Below, in pieces: positions 1-7,694 of a stretch of DNA of 32,000 nt. Within the stretch, counting starts at the first letter, position 1. The number at the start of each line of letters is the position of its first letter. The stretch is from Promethearchaeum syntrophicum. GTDB taxonomy: Archaea > Asgardarchaeota > Lokiarchaeia > Sigyniarchaeales > Promethearchaeaceae. The translations under genes and the position numbers were made by a program. The notes beneath the pieces were generated by a model, which was not told the DNA's origin, did not search any database, and saw nothing but the letters and a program-made list of their open reading frames with translations. The DNA is taken from positions 3,660,001 to 3,692,000 of the forward strand of contig NZ_CP042905.2 of NCBI RefSeq assembly GCF_008000775.2, read 5' to 3'.

Positions 1-277
1 CATGTATTACTGGTCTTGCTAACTCAATATGACCAAAATGACCATGGCATGCTCCCACTCGATTACCACATGTGGCGCATTTTTGACCAGGTTCTATGGT
101 ACCGAGTTTAAGATCCATTAACCCTGATTTAATAGGGAGACCATCCTCATCATATGTATCAGCCGTAATTATTCTGCCAACAGACATTTTCCTGATTTCT
201 TCAGGTGAAAGCAAGCCAAATCGAATTTTCTCGATTATTTTCAGAGTTTCAACATTTAATGAAATTTTTACAACACC
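1..277 (-). CDS. rpoA1: DNA-directed RNA polymerase subunit A' (Rpo1N), N-terminal ~90 codons; gene continues leftwards out of the window
   Basis: My own minus-strand translation. The ORF is not in the track because it runs off the window. Sequence: [88 protein letters not shown]. This is the highly conserved N-terminal zinc-binding clamp segment of archaeal RpoA'/eukaryotic Rpb1 ([15 protein letters not shown]......[13 protein letters not shown]). There is an in-frame stop at 278-280, and the first in-frame ATG (187) lies inside the conserved region, so the start codon is unresolved. Confidence 0.85.
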
Positions 278-518
278 CTATATGGTTTAAAATTTTTTTT
301 TTTTAAAATAAGAAATTGAAAGTGATTAAAAGTCCTTCCACTGTTCATGAACACGATATCAAAATACTCGATTTGTAAAAAATTTTTCGTTTTATTTAAA
401 AATTAAACAAGAAATGTGTTAAATAATGAGAGTAGGGAATGAATTCAATAAAAATCTCGGTAAACCATAAAAGAAAATTAGCAATTTCTATGATTTCACC
501 GAAATCTGATATAATTTT

Positions 519-525
519 AAAAAAA
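519..525 (-). terminator. oligo-T (T7) tract 12 nt downstream of the membrane-protein stop codon
   Basis: A7 on the plus strand equals T7 on the coding (minus) strand, just after the TAG at 537-539. Archaeal transcription terminates at oligo-T tracts. The AT-rich background lowers specificity. Confidence 0.35.
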
Positions 526-536
526 GATAAATTATT

Positions 537-1283
537 CTATTCCTCCTTATGCAAAGCCCAGAAAATCAATATCGGTGAAACGAATAAGAATATTTGTCCG
601 ATCATTGAAGTCCAAAGAGAATATGTCTGAAAAAGTAAACTCTTAAACATAAAATATAGTAAACCAATAGGAATTAAATCAATCCCAATAACTAAACCAA
701 GCATTTTTTTTTTAGATACGCGATCTTCGGTTTTTTTAATTGTCTTACTAAGATTTACCGTTGCTATTATGTAAAATATAAAAGGAATAGCTGAAGCAAT
801 TGCACTTATTACTGAAAATCCTTCTGCACTTGTAAATACTCCTGAAGGAGGTAAGGTTTTCGGATCGATTACATCTTTATTTTCATCCAATACCTGTAAA
901 GGCGCTTCAATTATCATCAATACTGTTGAAATCAATAATAATGTAATTTCCACGAATTGATATTTTTTCTTCTTTACTCTTAATTCACCATGGGTTATTA
1001 TATTTGAAGCGTTATATACCAAACCAGAATACAAATTAAGCATAACTTTTTGGATAGCCCATAAAACTGAACATATTAAAAAACTCGTATAACTAGCGGG
1101 TGCAAATGTGAATGAAAAACTATCAAATGTACTAAAAATAGCCCAGCTTAAAAATGCAAAGAAAAAAATCTTATTTAGAAGATAATTACTTTCGCGTTTA
1201 ATTCTAAATGCAAAAAACAAAAACATCATTGCCACAAACATTTTTGGAATGATTAACCAAACTCTTACGGGATCAACAATCAT
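537..1283 (-). CDS. polytopic integral membrane protein, unknown function (about 7 hydrophobic segments)
   Basis: ORF track, 248 aa. Repeated 20-25 residue hydrophobic stretches (e.g. FVAMMFLFFAF, IFFFAFLSWAIF, FLICSVLWAI, LLLISTVLMII, AIASAIPFIFYIIA, LVIGIDLIPIGLLYF, IFLFVSPILIFWAL). I recognise no family motif. Confidence 0.6.
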   Translation of the reverse strand: MIVDPVRVWLIIPKMFVAMMFLFFAFRIKRESNYLLNKIFFFAFLSWAIFSTFDSFSFTFAPASYTSFLICSVLWAIQKVMLNLYSGLVYNASNIITHGELRVKKKKYQFVEITLLLISTVLMIIEAPLQVLDENKDVIDPKTLPPSGVFTSAEGFSVISAIASAIPFIFYIIATVNLSKTIKKTEDRVSKKKMLGLVIGIDLIPIGLLYFMFKSLLFQTYSLWTSMIGQIFLFVSPILIFWALHKEE

Positions 1284-1341
1284 ATTAAATATAAAAGATT
1301 AAAATACCTAAGTAATTCACTTAAAATAAATTCTATTTAAC

Positions 1342-1749
1342 CTATGGACAAAAAAAACACTTATCCTTAAGTTTTTGTTCTTTTATCCAAGCTTTCAATC
1401 CAATTTTCTTCATTTTTTTTGAATTTTCTATTGTTCTCCTATGATGATCCATTCCATCGGAACCAAATTTATTTACAAGCGAACAAGGAAAATCCGTACA
1501 TTCAAAACAATAATTAAGATTTTTATTTAAAGCGCAAGCTCTCATCTTACAATCAGAACTCCAATGGACATCATTTGAACTTCTACATCCATTACATACA
1601 AATGAATCAGGATTTACTATTTCATTCCTTTGTTCTTTGAAATAATCTAAGAGTTCCTTTAAAATTGCTTGATCACCATGCGACGCAAGATAAATATCAC
1701 ATTTTGAACAATTTAAGCCGCAAATTGAAATATTCCAGTTTTCAATCAT
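1342..1749 (-). CDS. Cys-rich metal-binding protein, DUF3795-like
   Basis: ORF track, 135 aa. Cys pattern CGLNCSKCDIY ... CNGCRS ... CKMRAC ... CFECTDFPC matches my memory of the DUF3795 family layout. No search was run. Confidence 0.6.
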   Translation of the reverse strand: MIENWNISICGLNCSKCDIYLASHGDQAILKELLDYFKEQRNEIVNPDSFVCNGCRSSNDVHWSSDCKMRACALNKNLNYCFECTDFPCSLVNKFGSDGMDHHRRTIENSKKMKKIGLKAWIKEQKLKDKCFFCP

Positions 1750-1839
1750 AATATTTAATTAATATTCTTGAATTAAAAATATTACATTTGCTTTAAGGAA
1801 CATTTAAATTAACAATGAAATTAGTCTTCCAAGAGAGAA

Positions 1840-2871
1840 ATGCAAATATCCAACTCTAAAAATGTCCTTTTTATTTGGGAAGTGCCAATTCGGCTAAAAA
1901 AGTACTTGAATAAACATTTAGATAAAATTTCTAATCTAAAGCTTATCTTTCCACAAAATATTTCAAAAGAAAACTTAGAAAATCTAGCGTCCGAAGCTAA
2001 TGTAATAATAGGATGGCGTCCGTGGAAAAAACTTTTAGATCATGCACCTAAATTAAAATTATATATTAACCCTGGAACTGGAATCCAACATTTAATCCCA
2101 ATATTTAGAGAATTCAATAGTAAACAAACGAATATTATTCTTGTGAATGGTCATGGAAATTCATTATTTGTTGCACAACATGTAGTAGGTACCTTAATCT
2201 CTCTAATGAACAAAATTATTCTTCATCATAATTGGATGAAAGAAGGAAAATGGAGAACCGGTGATGAACAAGGGAAATCAACTTCTCTTTGGAAAAAAAA
2301 AGTTGGATTATTAGGATATGGCGCAATTAATCAGAAAGTTCATCAATTATTGTTAGGATTTCAGTGCAATTTTTCAATTTTAAAAAGGTCTTGGAGTAAT
2401 CCCAATGAGCCACTTATCTCATCCGCTGATAAATATCAACCTAATCAAATATTAGATTTTATGAAAAAAATTGATATTTGTATCGTGGCCGTTCCACAGA
2501 CAGCAAAAACCATTGATTTAATTGGAAGAAAAGAATTGGAACTGCTAGGAAAAGAAGGATATTTGGTAAATGTCGCTCGAGGTAAGATAATAAATGAAAA
2601 AGATTTATACGAGTGTTTAGAAGCGAAGGTAATATCTGGGGCAGCTATTGATGTATGGTATAATTATCAACCTGAAGAAGATAAGGAGGGAAAAAAATTC
2701 CCTTATTATTATCCATTTCACACTCTTGATAATATTGTGCTTTCACCCCATCGTGCAGCATCGCCATTTGATAATTTAGAGCGTTGGGATGAAGTTATTG
2801 AAAATTTGAAAAAAATTGCAAATAATCAAACAGATTTCTTGAACGTGGTTGATCTCGAAACAGAATATTAA
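1840..2871 (+). CDS. D-isomer-specific 2-hydroxyacid dehydrogenase family, NAD(P)-binding (PGDH/GHPR-like)
   Basis: ORF track, 343 aa. Rossmann motif VGLLGYGAINQKV; LVNVARGKIINEKDL (catalytic Arg); AAIDVW; SPHRAAS (catalytic His). This is the typical order for the family. Confidence 0.85.
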   Translation: MQISNSKNVLFIWEVPIRLKKYLNKHLDKISNLKLIFPQNISKENLENLASEANVIIGWRPWKKLLDHAPKLKLYINPGTGIQHLIPIFREFNSKQTNIILVNGHGNSLFVAQHVVGTLISLMNKIILHHNWMKEGKWRTGDEQGKSTSLWKKKVGLLGYGAINQKVHQLLLGFQCNFSILKRSWSNPNEPLISSADKYQPNQILDFMKKIDICIVAVPQTAKTIDLIGRKELELLGKEGYLVNVARGKIINEKDLYECLEAKVISGAAIDVWYNYQPEEDKEGKKFPYYYPFHTLDNIVLSPHRAASPFDNLERWDEVIENLKKIANNQTDFLNVVDLETEY

Positions 2872-2877
2872 AAAAAA

Positions 2878-5628
2878 TTATTTTTTAACTTGTTTTTTCG
2901 TTTCATCTTCAACTTGTTCTTTAGCTAGTTTTTTCGCTTGATCTTTGACTTGATCTTTAATTTGTTCTTTCATCGTTTCCTCAATATTTTCTTCAATATT
3001 CTTCTGAATCCCTTTGATTCTTTTCTCATTCTTTCTTTTTTTACGAATAATTACCGTACTTACCGAGATCATAACTGCTCCTGAAGCTCCAGCGATTATA
3101 TATATTATCGTTGGATCTGGAGGATTCTCACCTTCTTCTTTGATGACAGCAAAATTTACAGTAATCTTTACAGATCCACCATTATCATCATGTAATGTGA
3201 AAATAATCGAAGTATTTCCATATTGATTAAGAACACTCATAAATAGAAAGGCGCTATTTGATTCATTGCTAATTGTGACTAAATCTTCATTATAAACTTC
3301 CACTGTCCAATATAAATCTCCCTCATCAGTTTCAAAATCTAATTGATATGGAGAAAGGTCTACGATAAATTGATCAAAATCTTCGTTCTGAGTCCAAGTA
3401 TCCAAAGATTGTAATTCTGACACATTAATTATGAATGGTCCTGAATTTATTATTTGAATAGTTCTTAGCATTGACTCAGTTGAATTTTCATAACCATCAA
3501 AAGCCCATACCTCAATGGATACTTCATCTCCAACTGAAAAACCATCTAGCGAGGAAAACTCATTCCCAACTCCAGAAAGTACTTCTATACCGTTTATACG
3601 CCATAAATAATAGTAATTCTCAGAATCACTGACATCATAGTCATTCCAACCATCTATTGTGACGACAAGTGTATTGTTTTGATAACATTGATCTATTGTA
3701 TGATTTCCTGTTATTGTCATTGTTGTAAAAGTGGGAAGTGAATTTGAAATAATTAGAGGGATAGTTGTATTTACCGGATCTCCCGAATCGTAGCCATCAA
3801 AAGGAGTCACTTCAACAATAATTATATCATTCATAACAAAGAAAGTAGAATCTAACGTATTTCCAATCTGACCGGAAATTTCAGTCCCATTTAGAAACCA
3901 ACGATACGAATAACCAGCCAAATGACCATCAGCATCAGTCCAGCCTGTAGGAATTGCAGTGAGATCAGATTCTGTATATGCAATTCCCGGAGTAATGGAA
4001 ACGCTGGTAACAGAGGGTCGTGTATTTAAAATAGTTAGAGGAATAGTAGAATTTACCGGATCTCCCGAATCGTATCCGTCAAACGGGGTTACTTCCACAA
4101 TGATTATATCATTCATAACAAAGAAATTAGAATCTAACGTAACTCCAAACTGACCAGAAATTTCTGTGCCATTTAGGAACCAACGGTAGGTATATCCAGC
4201 CAAATGACCATCAGCATCAGTCCAACCAGTAGGAATTGCAGTGAGAGCAGATTCTGTATAGGCAGTTCCCGGATTAATGGAAACACCGGTAATAGAGGGT
4301 GGTGTATTTGATATTATTAGAGGGATAGTAGTATTTACCGGATCTCCCGAATCGTAGCCATCAAAGGGAGTCACTTCAACGATAATTATATCATTTATAA
4401 CAAAGAAAGTAGAATCTAACGTATTTCCAATCTGACCGGAAATTATAGTCCCATTTAGAAACCAACGATAGATATATCCAGCCAAATGACCATCATCATC
4501 AGTCCAGCCTGTAGGAATTGCAGTGAGGTCAGATTCTGTATAGGCGGTTCCTGGAGTAATGGAAACAGTGGTAATAGAGGGTGGTGTATTGATTATTGTT
4601 ACATTATCCCATTTGAAACCTGTTGCATTATTTACTCCATCACCAAGATAAACTCGCACAGAAACTCGATCCCACATAAAATATCCAGTCGTTAATTGAT
4701 CGGAAAGACCCCATTGTACAACTGTTTCATTGATCCACCATTGAAAATACAATATTAAATCATCTCCATCGGGATCAACCCCTGTTCCACTCATTGTAGC
4801 ATTTAAAATGTCAGTTACATTAGCAGGATTTGGAGTTATTTCTACATCTAAGGTTCCCCATACAGGACCAGAATTACCGATTGTTTGATTATCCGATAGA
4901 ATTGTGCTGTTTAGTTCATAATCAGATACAGTAACGTTAACTCGAATCATATCCCATCTTGCAAAGGGTACTCCTAAAGTATCGGAGGTAGTCCATTGAA
5001 CAATAGTTCCATTAATTTCCCAACTATAATATAAAGTTGTGGGATCTCCATCAGGATCTGAAGGAGTACCACCAACCAAAGTTGCAGTTAGAATATCAGT
5101 AATTTCGGCAGGATCAGGTAATATAATTACAGTAGTTCCCCCCCATTCAGGAGCTGTATTTGAAATTGTGAGCTCGGTAGAATTTACCGCAATTCCATAT
5201 TCAAAACCATCATACGGAGTCACTTCAACAATGATTATATCATCCTTAACAAAGAAAGTAGAAGCTAATGTAGGTCCTGTCTGACCGGAAATTTCTGTAC
5301 CATTTAGAAACCAACGGTAGATATATCCGGGAGAATGACCATCATCATCAACCGAATTTACCGCAATTCCATATTCAAAACCATCATACGGAGTCACTTC
5401 AACAATGATTATATCATCCTTAACATAGAAGGTAGATGATAATGTAGAATCAGTCTCTCCCCCAATTTCAGTTCCATTTAGAAACCAACGGTAGATATAT
5501 CCGGGAGAATGACCATCATCATCAACCCAATCAGCAGGATTTGCAGTGAGAAGAGAGCCAGTATATGCTGGATCAGGGGTAATGGAAACTCCACTAATAG
5601 TAGGAGGCGTATTTGCGATTAAAAACAA
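2878..5628 (-). CDS. repeat-rich surface protein with C-terminal TM anchor; probably the C-terminal two thirds of a gene split from 5594..7564 by a frameshift
   Basis: ORF track, 916 aa. The annotated start is a TTG only two codons after an in-frame TAA, and there is no signal peptide. The body is tandem ~94-aa beta-rich units: type A (W[TV]D[DA]DGH..GY.YRWFLNG..I.G....VEVTP.DG) and two type B units (DPDGD..LY..W.IN). These are followed by a distinct ~110-aa domain, one TM helix (IIYIIAGASGAVMISVSTVII) and a K/E/Q-rich tail. Confidence 0.8.
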   Translation of the reverse strand: MFLIANTPPTISGVSITPDPAYTGSLLTANPADWVDDDGHSPGYIYRWFLNGTEIGGETDSTLSSTFYVKDDIIIVEVTPYDGFEYGIAVNSVDDDGHSPGYIYRWFLNGTEISGQTGPTLASTFFVKDDIIIVEVTPYDGFEYGIAVNSTELTISNTAPEWGGTTVIILPDPAEITDILTATLVGGTPSDPDGDPTTLYYSWEINGTIVQWTTSDTLGVPFARWDMIRVNVTVSDYELNSTILSDNQTIGNSGPVWGTLDVEITPNPANVTDILNATMSGTGVDPDGDDLILYFQWWINETVVQWGLSDQLTTGYFMWDRVSVRVYLGDGVNNATGFKWDNVTIINTPPSITTVSITPGTAYTESDLTAIPTGWTDDDGHLAGYIYRWFLNGTIISGQIGNTLDSTFFVINDIIIVEVTPFDGYDSGDPVNTTIPLIISNTPPSITGVSINPGTAYTESALTAIPTGWTDADGHLAGYTYRWFLNGTEISGQFGVTLDSNFFVMNDIIIVEVTPFDGYDSGDPVNSTIPLTILNTRPSVTSVSITPGIAYTESDLTAIPTGWTDADGHLAGYSYRWFLNGTEISGQIGNTLDSTFFVMNDIIIVEVTPFDGYDSGDPVNTTIPLIISNSLPTFTTMTITGNHTIDQCYQNNTLVVTIDGWNDYDVSDSENYYYLWRINGIEVLSGVGNEFSSLDGFSVGDEVSIEVWAFDGYENSTESMLRTIQIINSGPFIINVSELQSLDTWTQNEDFDQFIVDLSPYQLDFETDEGDLYWTVEVYNEDLVTISNESNSAFLFMSVLNQYGNTSIIFTLHDDNGGSVKITVNFAVIKEEGENPPDPTIIYIIAGASGAVMISVSTVIIRKKRKNEKRIKGIQKNIEENIEETMKEQIKDQVKDQAKKLAKEQVEDETKKQVKK
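3739..4584 (-). repeat. three tandem 282-bp (94-codon) coding repeat units, highly similar at DNA level
   Basis: Unit boundaries were read from the recurring PP/RP codons: gggtgg ending at 4584 and 4302, gggtcg ending at 4020. The landmark ggatctcccgaatcgta recurs at 3776, 4058 and 4340, giving an exact period of 282. A diverged fourth unit follows at about 3445-3738. Confidence 0.9.
5180..5527 (-). repeat. 2 x 174-bp direct duplication (partial repeat unit, 58 codons) inside the surface-protein gene
   Basis: gaatttaccgcaattccatattcaaaaccatcatacggagtcacttcaacaatgattatatcatcctta occurs at 5180 and 5354. ccatttagaaaccaacggtagatatatccgggagaatgaccatcatcatcaac ends at 5352 and 5526. In the protein this joins ...YGIAVNS directly to VDDDGHSPGYIYRWFLNG. 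Confidence 0.85.
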
Positions 5629-7564
5629 AATTTATTGATTGATTTTGGTAATAGGTCTTATTACATGTAATTTTAATGGTGTTTTCCCCCTCAGAGAAGC
5701 TGGAATTTACAGTAATCGATATATTATATTTACCATCCACTCCCCCCCCATTTACAGTATATTCACTAGCACCGATCCAATAGTGAATCGTAGCATCATT
5801 TATTGGATTTCCATTACTTGGTGTGTTCTCTTGTAGATCTTCGTAGTATACTGTGATGTTAAATTCTTCATCCGCAACATACAGCTTTGATACAGAATTA
5901 TTCTCAGGAGATATAATAGAGGTTGAAGTATTAGCAAATATGTATAGATTTTTCTCATCTAGGGATGCTTTTCCTTCGGTGTTATTCCACCAAGATTGAA
6001 GAGTATATAGACCATAAGTTGTGCCAACATTTGTACTTAGATCCCAAGAATCAAAAACTACTGAACTAACGCTAGTAACCGTTTTCTTCTCTGGTCCATA
6101 GACGGTTGTCCCATTAGGAAAGAAGATCTCCAGAAATACATCTCCCGATATTGATTCGCTGAAAGTTGCATTGGGTGTGATTACATCCTGATAATATGCA
6201 GTATTTGTATTCACACCAGATTTAAGTGTTTCCAAACCATTTCCCAAATTAGAGGAAGAGGAGTATAGGATCCAATTTCCATCGGTCGCTTTAGTATCAT
6301 AAACACTGACAATTTTTGATGACCCATTTAGAAATGTGTTATCTATCGCTTTTGATATGGAATCATTTTTCAAATCATAGGCAGTCCAGCTTGCGGGAAT
6401 GGTAAAATTCAACGTATTATTATTCAATCGGTGATCGAATGCAGTAAAATTGGCTTCGGATTCCCAATAAACGTCAGAACCGCTTTCAACCGTATAAGTA
6501 GTATTTGCAATCATGGATTTAGTATAATTTACTTGAGTACTATTAACTTCAAGGGCAAAATTATACCAATCCGAATTAAATGAATATTCAATTTGATTAT
6601 TGATTCCAGTATCCCCCGTTTTATTCCAAAACCCAGAATTGTTAGTCGGAATGTTAAGATTATCAAAAACTAGAGTATTATTGATATTAAGATTGATTTC
6701 AGAAGGAATTATATAAGTTTTATTTAAGGTTAGTCCAACTTTAAGACCATAATCATAAGGTAATTGACTAGTCCATCCACTTGGACCAAATTGCGTTAAA
6801 GAAATTGAATTATTAAGATCACCACCACTATCACTTCTGTAAAACCAATCTCCTCTAAAAGTACTTTGACTCCCTAATTTATATAATCCAATAAACCAAT
6901 TATTCTTATAAGTTTCTGAAGTATCTAAATAAGTTGAAGAATTTAATTGAAAAGTTGAATTACTCCATTGCTGATCAGTATCGCTAACAAAAATACTTCC
7001 AATTTCTTCAATGGAAGAATAATCAGGTAATAATTCATCTGTGCAATTAAAAAGAACAATTCCTAAATAACCACTATCCCACCCCGTTTGTTGTTTCACA
7101 AAAAAACTTGCATTATTGATGAAGCAACTTGTAGATGTAGTAAAAGATGCTACATAGTAAAGATCATCAATGTATTGAGATCCAGCTTGGGTTTCTTCAA
7201 CAATTAATGTATGATTAGAAATAGTTAAATCGGAGATGCTCAGATTCACATATGATGTAGAAAAATCTGTTGAATTAGGAGCAGGAACTATTAATGAATT
7301 TGAAATTTGATTAATACTTCTTGTAGTCAAATTATTATAAGCTTGATGGAGAGTAACATTAATATTATCAACTTGTCCTGAAGAATTTGTTACATAATCT
7401 TGGGAAAATGGTGAAACTTCAATTAAATTTTCTTTAAAATTAGAAATATTTTCAGGATTTTCATTTAAATTATTTTTTTTAAAATCGTTGTTTTGAGTAT
7501 ATACTAAATTTCCCGCTAAAATTATTAGAATTATAATGATTACGCTTTTCTTCTTCATAAACAT
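5594..7564 (-). CDS. secreted/anchored N-terminal head module of a giant surface protein; paralogous to the first ~500 aa of 7695..13232
   Basis: ORF track, 656 aa. N-terminal signal/anchor MFMKKKSVIIIILIILAGNLVYTQ, with no C-terminal anchor. About 34 N-x-S/T sequons by manual count. It aligns along its length with the N-terminus of the 1851-aa ORF and includes a 100-aa identical block. Its stop lies 35 nt inside the next ORF, in the +1 frame. Confidence 0.8.
   Translation of the reverse strand: MFMKKKSVIIIILIILAGNLVYTQNNDFKKNNLNENPENISNFKENLIEVSPFSQDYVTNSSGQVDNINVTLHQAYNNLTTRSINQISNSLIVPAPNSTDFSTSYVNLSISDLTISNHTLIVEETQAGSQYIDDLYYVASFTTSTSCFINNASFFVKQQTGWDSGYLGIVLFNCTDELLPDYSSIEEIGSIFVSDTDQQWSNSTFQLNSSTYLDTSETYKNNWFIGLYKLGSQSTFRGDWFYRSDSGGDLNNSISLTQFGPSGWTSQLPYDYGLKVGLTLNKTYIIPSEINLNINNTLVFDNLNIPTNNSGFWNKTGDTGINNQIEYSFNSDWYNFALEVNSTQVNYTKSMIANTTYTVESGSDVYWESEANFTAFDHRLNNNTLNFTIPASWTAYDLKNDSISKAIDNTFLNGSSKIVSVYDTKATDGNWILYSSSSNLGNGLETLKSGVNTNTAYYQDVITPNATFSESISGDVFLEIFFPNGTTVYGPEKKTVTSVSSVVFDSWDLSTNVGTTYGLYTLQSWWNNTEGKASLDEKNLYIFANTSTSIISPENNSVSKLYVADEEFNITVYYEDLQENTPSNGNPINDATIHYWIGASEYTVNGGGVDGKYNISITVNSSFSEGENTIKITCNKTYYQNQSINFVFNRKYASYY
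6270..6571 (-). repeat. 302-bp block identical but for 1 nt (6416 a vs 12078 g) to 11932..12233
   Basis: Direct by-eye comparison at constant offset 5662. Flanking paralogous sequence is clearly more diverged. Confidence 0.9.
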
Positions 7565-7676
7565 CGCTTACTATTAATAATTTAGCTTTTACTTAATTAA
7601 ATCTTGAGAATATTTTGTAATTGTAAGGAAAAAAACTGAAATGATTTAAAATGGAACACAAAAAAATAAAGAAAAT

Positions 7677-7685
7677 AAAAAAAAA
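7677..7685 (-). terminator. oligo-T (T9) tract 10 nt downstream of the giant-protein stop; further T7 runs follow
   Basis: A9 on the plus strand at 7677-7685. The stop TAA is at 7695-7697 (minus). Confidence 0.45.
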
Positions 7686-7694
7686 CATTTCAAA

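Noticed and set aside
96-290. 64-aa plus-strand ORF from the track
   Set aside because: It lies exactly antisense to the strongly conserved RpoA' N-terminal coding sequence, so it is a shadow ORF.
439-630. 63-aa plus-strand ORF spanning the spacer and the 3' end of the membrane-protein gene
   Set aside because: It has no motifs, is low-complexity and AT-rich, and overlaps a better-supported opposite-strand gene.
3739-4584. A regularly spaced repeat array that might superficially suggest CRISPR
   Set aside because: The period is 282 bp with no short repeat/unique spacer alternation. The units are in-frame protein-domain repeats within one ORF.
3014-5284. Several 64-81 aa plus-strand ORFs (3014, 3959, 4486, 5039) inside the repeat protein gene
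   Set aside because: They are antisense shadows of a long ORF with a clear domain repeat structure. Their recurrence just mirrors the coding repeats.
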